Positions 30,001 through 40,223 of a DNA stretch of 64,000 bases are shown here, piece by piece. The position numbers were made by a program, and so were the translations under genes. This DNA comes from Macrostomum lignano (Eukaryota), in NCBI GenBank assembly GCA_002269645.1, contig NIVC01000160.1:1-64000 (forward strand), written 5' to 3'. The notes under the pieces were generated by a model, which was not told the DNA's origin, did not search any database, and saw nothing but the letters and a program-made list of their open reading frames with translations. Positions within the stretch are counted from its first letter, which is position 1; the number at the start of each line of letters is the position of its first letter.

Positions 30001-33000
30001 CCCCACTAAGCTACAACTCCCACTAAGCTACAACTCTCACTAGGCTACAACCCCCACTAGGCTACAACCCCCACTAGGCAACAGCTCCCACTAAGCTACA
30101 ACTCCCACTAAGCTACAACTCTCACTAAGCTACAACTCCCACTAAGCTACAACTCTCACTAGGCTACAACCCCCACTAGGCTACAACCCCCACTAGGCAA
30201 CAGCTCCCACTAAGCTACAACTCCCACTAAGCTACAACTCTCACTAAGCTACAACTCCCACTAAGCTACAACTCTCACTAGGCTACAACCCCCACTAGGC
30301 TACAACCCCCACTAGGCTACAACCCCCACTAGGCCACAACCCCCACTAAGCTACAAGCCCCACTAGGCCACAACCCCCACTAAGCTACAAGCCCCACTAG
30401 GCTACAACCCCCACTAGGCCACAACCCCCACTAGGCCACAACCCCCACTAGGCCACAACCCCCACTAAGCTACAACTCCCACTAAGCTACAACCTACAAC
30501 TCTCACTAGGCTACAACCCCCACTAGGCTACAACCCCCACTAAGCTACAACCCCCACTAGGCCACAACCCCCACTAAGCTACAAGCCCCACTAGGCCACA
30601 AACCCCACTAAGCTACAAGCTCCACTAGGCTACAACCCCACTAGGCCACAACCCCCACTAAGCTACAACTCCCACTAAGCTACAACTCTCACTAGGCTAC
30701 AACCCCCACTAGGCTACAACCCCCACTAGGCAACAGCTCCCACTAAGCTACAACTCCCACTAAGCTACAACTCTCACTAAGCTACAACTCCCACTAAGCT
30801 ACAACTCTCACTAGGCTACAACCCCCACTAGGCTACAACCCCACTAGGCAACAGCTCCCACTAAGCTACAACTCCCACTAAGCTACAACTCTCACTAAGC
30901 TACAACTCCCACTAAGCTACAACTCTCACTAGGCTACAACCCCCACTAGGCTACAACCCCCACTAGGCTACAACCCCCACTAGGCCACAACCCCACTAGG
31001 CCACAACGCCCACTAGGCCACAACGCCCACTAAGCTACAAGCTCCACTAGGCTACAACCCCCACTAGGCCACAACCCCCACTAAGCTACAACTCCCACTA
31101 AGCTACAAGCCCCACTAAGCTACAAGCCCCACTAGGCTACACCCCCACTAGGCTACAACCCCCACTAGACTATAACTCCCCAGTAGGCTACAACCCCTCA
31201 CTAGGCTACAACGCCCCCACTAGGCTACAACGCCCCACTAGGCTAAAACCCCCCACTAGGACACAACCCCACTCTAAGATTTCTTAGAAACTTGGCTTAA
31301 AATAGTTTTCTACTCTACATATCGGCAGTCAGTCACAATTTCGCTCTATCCGTGCAGGCAGCGCTTATTCAGCCGTTTAAACGGCCAATTGCAACGCAAG
31401 CTCGGCCTTCGAGTCCTCGGCATGGGCGGCAACGCCGTGATTGGCTACCGGCTGCACTTCGATTTGGAAGGCGAGTCCGGTATTGTTGTCCGCGGCATTG
31501 GCACGGCCGTCAGCCTGACAGCATCGAAATCTGCTGCTCACCTGGCTACGGAGACTTCGCTTACTGTGCAGTCTTCGCTGTCTGTTGCTGCCGCTCCGGC
31601 TGCAGAGCCTGCCGGTGACTCTGCAGCGACTAACGGCACCTTGGAACAGCAGTCCGCAGTTCAGCAGCAACAGTCCGCTGATGTGGCCGACGCTGGCCCC
31701 GGATTTAACAAATTGCTGGTTGTCGCCACTTCTGCCTCGGAATCCGCCAATCTGCGGCCACTGGCGTCTCTGATGACTGCCGGGGCCCCCAGCGCTGCCG
31801 CTGAATGTGTGAGAATGACTTTCATAGCCATGCTGAAATCAGTTTGATTTTTGCTATCTGTGATTGGCTGTTTGGTACCCCAGGACAGTCCTGCGATCTC
31901 TGATTGGCTGTTTGGATAGTCACCCACCTCACTCCGATTCTGCGATCTCTGATTGTCTGTTTGGTTAGTCACCTACCTCACTCCGATTATGCGATCTCTG
32001 ATTACTTGTTTGGATAGTCACCCAACTCACTCCGGTTCTGCGATCTCTGATTGTCTGTTTGGTTAGTCACCCACCTCACTCCGATTTTGCGATCTCTGAT
32101 TACTTGTTTGGATAGTCACCCACCTCACTCCGATTCTGCGATCTCTGATTACTTGTTTGGATAGTCACCCACCTCACTACGGTTCTGCGATCTCTGATTG
32201 GCTGTTTGGATAGTCACCCACCTCACTCCGGTTCTGTGATCTCTGATTGGCTGTTTGGATAGTCACCCGCCTCACTCCGGTTCTGCGATCTCTGATTGGC
32301 TGTTTGGATAGTCACCCACCTCACTCCGGTTCTGTGATCTCTGATTGGCTGTTTGGTTAGTCACCCACCTCACTGCAGTTCTGCGATCTCTGATTGGCTG
32401 TTTGGTTAGTCACCCACCTCACTGCAGTTCTGCGATCTCTGATTGGCTAGGTTTGATATCAATCAAAATTCGCACCATAACTATACTCCACAATTTAGGA
32501 CACACCATTTGTGACTATGTCCTGTCTGCCAACGGGTCTAGTCGCCAGCCTTGGTGGCACAGTGGCCGCCAAATCCGTGAAACTCCTGGTTCACAGCCCG
32601 GATGCACCAGACGCGCGCGACGCCTGGTGGTCTGAGATACGCTCCGAGGTTCGCGCCCACGCGCGCGCTTTTGGCTGCTCGACCGTGATAGGCTATAACG
32701 AGGAGACGTGCATCGCCGATGATCTTATTGTGTTGAGCGCATACGGCACGGCTGCTAAGCTGAACTCTCTAGAAGATGTTCAGAGTGAGTTGCAAAGCTT
32801 TTTTGGATGGCAAGATAGCAGCTGGAGAAACTTAGCCAGCCAATCTGGTGGAAGTGAGGTGGGTAGCCGGCCAATCGGAATGAGAGCGGTTATTAGGAGT
32901 GAGGTGGGTACCCAGCCAATCAGAATGAGAGCTGATAGGAGTAAGGTGATTAGCCAGCCAATCAGAATGAGAGCTGTTAGGAGTGAGGTGGGTAGCCAGC

Positions 33001-36000
33001 CAATCAGGATTAGAGCTGGTAAGGAGTAAGGGGGTTAGCCAGCCAATCAGAATGAGAGCTGGTAGGAGTAAGGTGATTAGCCAGCCAATCAGAATGAGAG
33101 CTGGTAGGAGTGAGGTGAGTAGCCAGCCAATCAGGATTAGAGCTGGTAAGGAGTAAGGGGGTTAGCCAGCCAATCAGAATGAGAGCTGGTAGGAGTGAGG
33201 TGGGTAGCCAGCCAATCAGTATTAAAGCTGGTAGGAGTGAGGTGGGTAGCCAGCCAATCAGGATTAGAGCTGGTAGGAGTGAGGTGGGTAGCCAGCCAAT
33301 CAGTAGGAGAGCTGGTAGGAGTGAGGTGGTTAGCCAGCCAATCAGAATGAGAGCTGGTAGGAGCTGCTATCTTGATTGCTCACCACTTTTTCTTCCAGAT
33401 TCCCAGCAGCCGCCATCGAGCTGTCGCGCTCTGCACGTGCTGTACAGCCAGTCCAGCCCGCCCTTCCCCGTGTCCTTCAGCCGTTGCGCCGTCTGCGGCC
33501 GCGGCAGCGTCCCGGACATCCTGCTGGCCACTTCGGACACTCCGGCCGAACTGGCCACCTGCGGACAACCGGCGCTCATTCAGGCCAGGTGACTGAGCTA
33601 AATGGGATTTAATCTGCAGTGACTGAGCTATTATAAATGGGATTTTTATCCCTAATCTCCCCACAAACAGAGTCTGGCGGCCCAAGCGAGACGCCAAAGG
33701 CGAGGCGAACGCTCGCGAGGTGAGCGACCGGCTGCCCTTCATCGAGTACGAGCTGCACAGCCAGCTGGTGCAGAAGCTGCGCCTGCGCGGCATGAACGGC
33801 CTGTTCGGGCTTCGAACCCGCATGTCGGTGGCCAGCTGCGGCATTCTGGTGACGGCCACCGGCACCGGGGTCCACCTGCTGGCGTTGCCCGCGCCCTGCG
33901 AGCCGCAGCTCGTGTCTAAAGGCGATCAACGGCTGCTGTCCAGTCTGCAGGCCAAGGTGTCCGAGTTTGTGTCCAGGTGGGCAGCTTGTTCGGGTATTTG
34001 ATAAGAAACATTTCGATGCATTTGTGAATAAAAAGTTGCGATTATTTGGTGCCATTTTTCTGTGCGTTTTTGATGCGGCTAGGCTATTTTTGTAGAAATT
34101 ATTAATAGTTATTAATAGTAGTTATAAAAACTTACACAGAACCACAATGTTGAATAAAAACATATGTTACTCGTAGCACTTTTCGAACTACCCTCCAGCT
34201 GCATCGATGCGCTTCCTCTCATCTTCTCAAGCCACGTAAAAAAGCAGCTACCCCACTCCAACTGAGTAGTGTCAAACAGGATGTTGGAGGATGTCTCAAC
34301 AGCGTCTCAACTCTAACTCCCCTGAGCAGACGCTTGGCCCGTAAAGAAGTCGAAGAAGTAAAGATGGACGCGGTTCTGCTTCATGAACTCGATAGTTTTT
34401 TAGCTGTGTGGGCCGGGGCGTTGTCCTGGGGGAGTTGGAGCCCCCCGATGTCGCGTGTTTGGACGTCTCTCTCTCTCAGCCCCAGCTTACAACACCTGGA
34501 GACGTTACACACAGTCACATACCAGTTAGCAGTCACTCAGTCACTGTCTGCTGGGTGACGCTTCTTGACCAGAGAAATTTGAATTCGGGCTGCTTCCTAC
34601 AAGGACCCATTGCGACATTTCATTCGACACGTCATTTCAAACAACCCTCTAGGGACTCTAGCGACATTTAGGCGGTTCTTGTGACTTTCTAAAAACTCAA
34701 ACGACTCACGTACGACGCCCCAGTGTGTGTCCCTTGCGTCACACCAGAGTCTCAGACAATGAAGCACCTTTACAACTCAAGACAATTTTGCGAATTTACT
34801 GGATGAATCTGGGCACCGTTTTCATCGGGTCAAAATTGCACACCCAACTATCGTTTCCACTGATGACCTCCCAGCCCCATGAAAACGTTACCTGGGCCAA
34901 GAAGCGCCCCCCCCCCCTTGGAGTCGTTTCGGAGTCGTTGCAGGTAACACAGGTAAAAACGGAAAGAAGCGACTCTATACGACTCTAAAACGACGAGATG
35001 TCACGGTACAAGTCAATTTGAGGCGTTTTATTGTGTGCGACACTGGGACGTTTCTAGAATGACTATGGGCCGTAGGGTCGTATCTGTGGCTGCTGGAGTC
35101 GCTTTAGAGTCACTTTAGTTGCGTCTGAAGAGCACCTGCGTTACCTTATGAATTGTAATAGCATTTCGCATTTAGTATATGAACTCGATTTAGTCAACTT
35201 AATTGAAGCGCTTCTTAGACTAGGCTGTTTCGGGACTCTTTTTCCAACTCTACAACTCAACAATCGCCTCTCCGTCGCATGCAGTCGTTTGAGTCTTGTC
35301 ACGGTAAATATTTTCAACAATTGATTGCAAACCGCCCCGTAACCTCATTTATCCAGGAGTCGCGAGGTGCACGGCCTTGATCGGGCCCAAGCGCTCGCAG
35401 CCATCTCAGCCTCATCAGGCGCATCAGTTTCCAACGCATCAGCCAGTAACAGCGACTCGGGAGGGGCGGCTGAGGATGCTGAGGCTTCCCCGCCCATCGA
35501 TCTGCAGTCAAATCAGCGAGACAACTTCATCATCTCCTTGGCTGACGACTGCGAAACTGACGAGATGGAAGCCTTGTTGGTTGACTATCCTCTGATGGAC
35601 AGTCTGCAGCTCACCTGCTCCCCTGCCTGCCGCTCTGAGGACACCAACTTCTTTGTGAGGATTCTGCGATGCCCGCTGGACGATCCCGAGGCTAACAGTA
35701 GCAGACAGGTGAGGTTGGGCGTCTCCGGGTTATGATTTTTGAGCTCCGGGTTATGATTTCTGAGCTCCGGGTTATGATTTCTGAGTTCCGGGTTATGATT
35801 TCTGAGTTCCGGGTTATGATTTTTGAGCTCCGGGTTATGATTTTTGAGCTCCGGGTTATGATTTCTGAGTTCCGGGTTATGATTTCTGAGTTCCGGGTTA
35901 TGATTTCTGAGTTCCGGGTTATGATTTCTGACTTCCGGGTTAGGATTTCTGAGTCCCGGGTTATGATTTCTGACTTCCGGGTTAGGATTTCTGAGCTCCG

Positions 36001-37018
36001 GGTTTTTTATTTTTTAGTTCCGAGTTATGATTTCTGAGTTCCGGGTTATAATTTTCGAGTTCCGGGTTATAATTTTCGAGTTCCGGGTTATGATTTCTGA
36101 GTTGCGTGTTATGATTTTTGAGTTCCCGGTTATGATTTCTGAGTCCTGGGTTATTATTTCGCATTATGGTTAAATATGTGAGCTGCTTTGGTATGATCTC
36201 ATAAATTCAGGTTATGATCTCATAAATTCAGGTTATGATCTCATAAATTCAGGTTATGATCTCATAAATTCAGGTTATGATCTCATAAATTCAGGTTATG
36301 ATCTCATAAATTCAGGTTATGATCTCATAAATTCAGGTTATGATCTCATAAATTCAGGTTATGATCTCATAAATTCAGGTTATGATCTCATAAATTCAGG
36401 TTATGATCTCATAAATTCAGGTTATGATCTCATAAATTCAGGTTATGATCTGAATTCTAATTGACCTCAGAATCCTAGCAAAATCAAGTTCAACAACTTC
36501 CCCCTCCCACTCCCCAGGTGAACTCCCTCCTAGCGGACATGCTGCACTCCACCTGTTTCCACTTCCGGCACAGCCTGCCCTGCACTCTGGCAGCTCTGCA
36601 CTTCCACACGGAGGTCACGGACGAGAGCTGCCTGCAGACGGTGCTGACAGGCGACTGCGTCAGGCAGACCGCGCCTCAGGGCGGCCTGTTGCTGGGCACA
36701 GCCAGTGGGGTGCTGCTGTGCTCCGGCTGCCATCCGCCGGGCCGGTCCGTGGCCAACTACCTGGGCAATTTGGACTTTTTCTTCATCCGCGAGACCAGCT
36801 CCGTGAGAGACTGCGGCGGCTCGCAGGCCTTCCTGCACACCTGTCTAGCCGAGGTGATGGCCGTGGTTCGAGCCCACGCCGCCGCTTTGGGCGGCCAAGC
36901 CGTGACCTCGTTTCACCTGAGCGAAGTGCTGCTGCTGGATAACCCGAGCAGAGGACACGCCCAGTGCCTGCTGAACGTGTGCGGTGATGTGGTCCAGCTG
37001 CCGGTGGCTGAGGCCTGA
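27080..37018 (+). CDS. C2CD5: C2 domain-containing protein 5 (C2CD5/CDP138), 886 aa; exons 27080-27343, 27923-28233, 31358-31808, 32499-32784, 33399-33588, 33671-33976, 35357-35708, 36518-37018
   Basis: MPGRVRVKILSARNLPVMDRAS..DAFVE..SLNPQWNTEWFKFE..DAIGK|VYIDLNPLL..GWFPLYDTMHGIRG..GFVEELVVNDDPEYQW..RASNEARQRL..GGNAVIGY..FDLEGESGIVVRGIGTA..RDAWWSEIR..LPFIEYELHSQL..VRAHAAALGGQAV..AQCLLNVCGD, colinear with vertebrate C2CD5 as recalled. Phases are consistent and intron 1 is GC-AG. Confidence 0.95.
27470..27890. repeat. 30-bp minisatellite TGGTTCAATGATTAGAGATCTAGAGACATG in C2CD5 intron 1
   Basis: Direct periodicity; source of the MIRDLETCGS ORF prefix. Confidence 0.92.
28414..28707 (-). mobile_element. 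tRNA-derived CORE-like SINE, copy 2, with (ATC/ATT)n 3' tail
   Basis: Its reverse complement aligns along its length with 14894-15170; simple-repeat tail at 28414-28433. Confidence 0.85.
28708..31273 (-). repeat. 17-bp minisatellite GGGGGTTGTAGCCTAGT (~150 copies) equal to the SINE 5' head/A-box
   Basis: The + strand unit is ACTAGGCTACAACCCCC; it is contiguous with the SINE copy 2 head and identical to the head of copy 1. Confidence 0.95.
31860..32450. repeat. ~49-bp minisatellite TGATTGGCTGTTTGGATAGTCACCCACCTCACTCCGGTTCTGCGATCTC in C2CD5 intron 3
   Basis: Direct periodicity. Confidence 0.93.
32865..33365. repeat. 42-bp minisatellite AGCCAGCCAATCAGAATGAGAGCTGGTAGGAGTGAGGTGGGT in C2CD5 intron 4
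   Basis: Direct periodicity; partial reverse complement of the 31860 array. Confidence 0.93.
35722..36160. repeat. 21-bp minisatellite CCGGGTTATGATTTCTGAGTT
   Basis: Direct. Confidence 0.94.
36190..36450. repeat. 21-bp near-perfect minisatellite ATAAATTCAGGTTATGATCTC
   Basis: Direct. Confidence 0.96.
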
Positions 37019-37115
37019 TGACAGCTTCTGTTGATTGCGCATCAACTTTTCTCCCTCAATTCCAGTAGGTATTTTATTGTCAAATTCCACAGTCTGCTAA
37101 AGGCTAAGTTGTGAT

Positions 37116-37559
37116 CGCAGATACTTGAATAACTAGATGGACCACTCAGCACATTTGCGTGTAAACTACTTTCAGTTCAGTAGTAAGTTAAACTGAAGCA
37201 TTTTAATGTATTTTTAAAGTGAAGGCTAATTTATTGGCTCTTAACCCCAACCTAAACCCTCCAACCGCGCCTTTCCACACTACCCCCCCCCGCCGCGCCA
37301 CAATTTTTATTGCTTTTCTCGGAATTCCAGCCTTAATCTGCCTTGTACATTCAGTGGCCAATGTACATTATTGCTGAACCAATTAGCAAGTTGTTCACGC
37401 CTGCAAGCTTTGGGCTTCTAAACTTATCAAAGTCATTTTAGCTGTTTCTGTTTAAAAAATTAGCTTATTTATTCTTCTTTACTACTGAACTGAAAGTAGA
37501 AAGCTGTTTTACTAAGTATATGTGCCTGAGTGGCCTATCTAGTTATTTTAGAATCTGTG
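37116..37559. mobile_element. CACAG-ended MITE, copy 2, inverted relative to 22437-22891
   Basis: Internal sequence is the diverged reverse complement of copy 1; termini CGCAG...CTGTG; flanks GAT/GTT (possibly a decayed 3-bp TSD). Confidence 0.8.
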
Positions 37560-37689
37560 GTTATTATAAAATCCGGAATTGCAAATCAAGCTTAGATTTA
37601 ACAGCTAGTTAATCGTCTGTCACGGTTGCATTGCAGAGGAAATTTGACTTTCATAGCCCCCTGCTTTTATAGTGACCATTCTTTTCGAG

Positions 37690-38220
37690 TGACTTTTTAG
37701 AGTGAGCCTTCAGAGTGACCCTTTATAGTGACCCTCCCTTCAAAGTAACCCTACCTTAAGAGTGCCCCCACTTCAGAGTGTCCATCCCTTCAGAGTAACC
37801 CTTCCTTCGGAGTGACCCTCTCTTCAGAGCGACCCTCCCTTCAGAGTGACCTTTTCTTCGTATTGACCCTCCCTTCAGAGTGTCCATCCCTTCAGAGTGA
37901 CCTTACCTTCGGAGTGACCCTCTCTTCAGAGTGACCCTCCCCTCAGAGTGATCTTTCCTTTGGAGTAACCCTCCCTTTCGAGTGAACCTCCCTTCAGAGT
38001 GACCCTCCATTCAGAGTGACCCTCCCTTCAGAGTGACCCTCCCTTCAGAGTGACCTTTCCTTCGTATTGACCCTCCCTTCAGAGTGACCCTCCCTTCAGA
38101 GTGACTCTCTTTTCAGAGGGACCCTTTCTTCGGGTGACTTTTCCCTCAGACTCAGGACTGTTCCCTCGGATTGACCCTCTCCATCAGAGTGACCCTGCAT
38201 TCAGAGTGACCCCCCATCAG
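37690..38220. repeat. Degenerate 17-bp minisatellite TCAGAGTGACCCTCCCT
   Basis: Direct. Confidence 0.88.
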
Positions 38221-38639
38221 CAGTAGAAGTTTGTAAAAAGTACTATCGGCACCCAGACCTTTAGCAGATCTTCAGCAGACCGTGTACTTTATTAACATAC
38301 CTTAGTACGAATTAGTGTCTTGGTAGCAAAATTGACCGGCTGAATAGTTTCTGCTTTTATTGTTGTCAAATTGTCCTCTGATTCATTGTGTAGCGCATTT
38401 CCAATAAATCCGATTTAACTGGATCTGATTTTTTGCCATTTATTGTTTCCAGTCTTGTTTAATTGTCCTGTTTTAATGCTCGTAATTGGCGCATAATTAT
38501 CTTCAACCGATTCTGTTTTCATTCAAGTAGTAGTGGTATGTGCTTATTTTATTGTTTGTCACCTGCTTCGGCTAGTATGATTATGCTGCAATAATTGCTT
38601 TTTGTTCTATTAAAGAGGGAGCAATTGTACATTGGGTTA

Positions 38640-38940
38640 GAAAGGGAACCGTGTGTACATTTGGGGGTAGACAGGGAACCGTGTGTACATTGGGGGGTAG
38701 ACAGGGAACCGTGTGTACATTTGGGGGTAGACAGGGAACCGTGTGTACATTAGGGGGTAGACAGGGAACCGTGTGTACATTGGGGGGTAGACAGGGAACC
38801 GTGTGTACATTGGAGGGTAGACAGGGAACCGTGTGTACATTGGGGGGTAGACAGGGAACCGTGTGTACATTAGGGGGTAGACAGGGAACCGTGTGTACAT
38901 TGGGGGGCAGACAGGGAACCGTGTGTACATTTGGGGTAGA
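38640..38940. repeat. 30-bp minisatellite ACAGGGAACCGTGTGTACATTGGGGGGTAG
   Basis: Direct, ~10 copies. Confidence 0.95.
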
Positions 38941-39164
38941 AGTCTTACAGTTGTTTCAATGGTCCTCAGTGTTTTTTAAAGTGCTTGCTTTAATTATTGC
39001 CCTGTTTGTAGTGTAAGGTATCAACTGATATTAATATTATCTATCAATTTGTGCTTAATTTATTGAAATAGCAAGATTATACTAAATACATTGAGACTGT
39101 AATTTTGGCGGATTTTGATTTTAAATGGTTGGTTTAATGTTTATCGTGACTTAAATTATGTCCT

Positions 39165-40075
39165 ATAGACTATGCCTCCCCAAGAATCGCCCTATGCCTC
39201 CCCAAGAATCGCCCTATGCCTCCCCAAGAATCGCCCTATGCCTCCCCAAGAATCGCCCTATGCCTCCCCAAGAATCGCCCTATGCCTCCCAAAGAATCGC
39301 CCCTATGCCTCCCAAGAATCGCCCCTATGCCTCCCCAAGAATCGCCCCTATGCCTCCCCAAGAATCGCCCCTATGCCTCCCAAGAATCGCCCCTATGCCT
39401 CCCAAGAATCGCCCCTATGCCTCCCAAGAATCGCTCCTATGCCTCCCCAAGAATCGCTCCTATGCCTCCCCAAGAATCGCTCCTATGCCTCCCCAAGAAT
39501 CGCCCCTATGCCTCCGTAAGAATCGCCCCTATGCCTCCCCAAGAATCGCCCCTATGCCTCCCCAAGAATCGCCCCTATGCCTCCCAAGAATCGCCCCTAT
39601 GCCTCCCCAAGAATCGCTCCTATGCCTCCCCAAGAATCGCCCTATGCCTCCCCAAGAATCGCCCCTAAGCCTCCCCAAGAATCGCCCCTAAGCCTCCCCA
39701 ATAATCGCCCCTATGCCTCCCCAAGAATCGCCCTATGCCTCCCCAAGAATCGCCCCTATGCCTCCCCAAGAATCGCCCCTATGCCTCCCCAAGAATCGCC
39801 CCTATGCCTCCCCAAGAATCGCCCCTATGCCTCCCCAAGAATCGCCCTATGCCTCCCCAAGAATCGCCCTATGCTTCCCCAAGAATCGCCCCTAAGCCTC
39901 CCCAATAATCGCCCCTATGCCTCCCCAAGAATCGCCCTATGCCTCCCCAAGAATCGCCCCTATGCCTCCCCAAGAATCGCCCCTATGCCTCCCCAAGAAT
40001 CGCCCCTATGCCTCCCCAAGAATCGCCCTATGCCTCCCCAAGAATCGCCCTATGCTTCCCCAAGAATCGCCCTGA
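39165..40075. repeat. 21-23-bp minisatellite ATGCCTCCCCAAGAATCGCCCCT
   Basis: Direct; source of the MPPQESP / LCLPKNRP ORFs. Confidence 0.96.
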
Positions 40076-40223
40076 ACTTTCCAATTAATCTTGCCTTGAC
40101 CTTCAAACCTTCATTTGTCAATTTTTTCTGGTCTAGCGAGATTCGCAACAGAAGTGTATTTTTAAAAATTCGAATCCTCTCACTGAGAAGACAGGCAAGC
40201 GGTGAGCTCCGCAAGCAAAGCCA

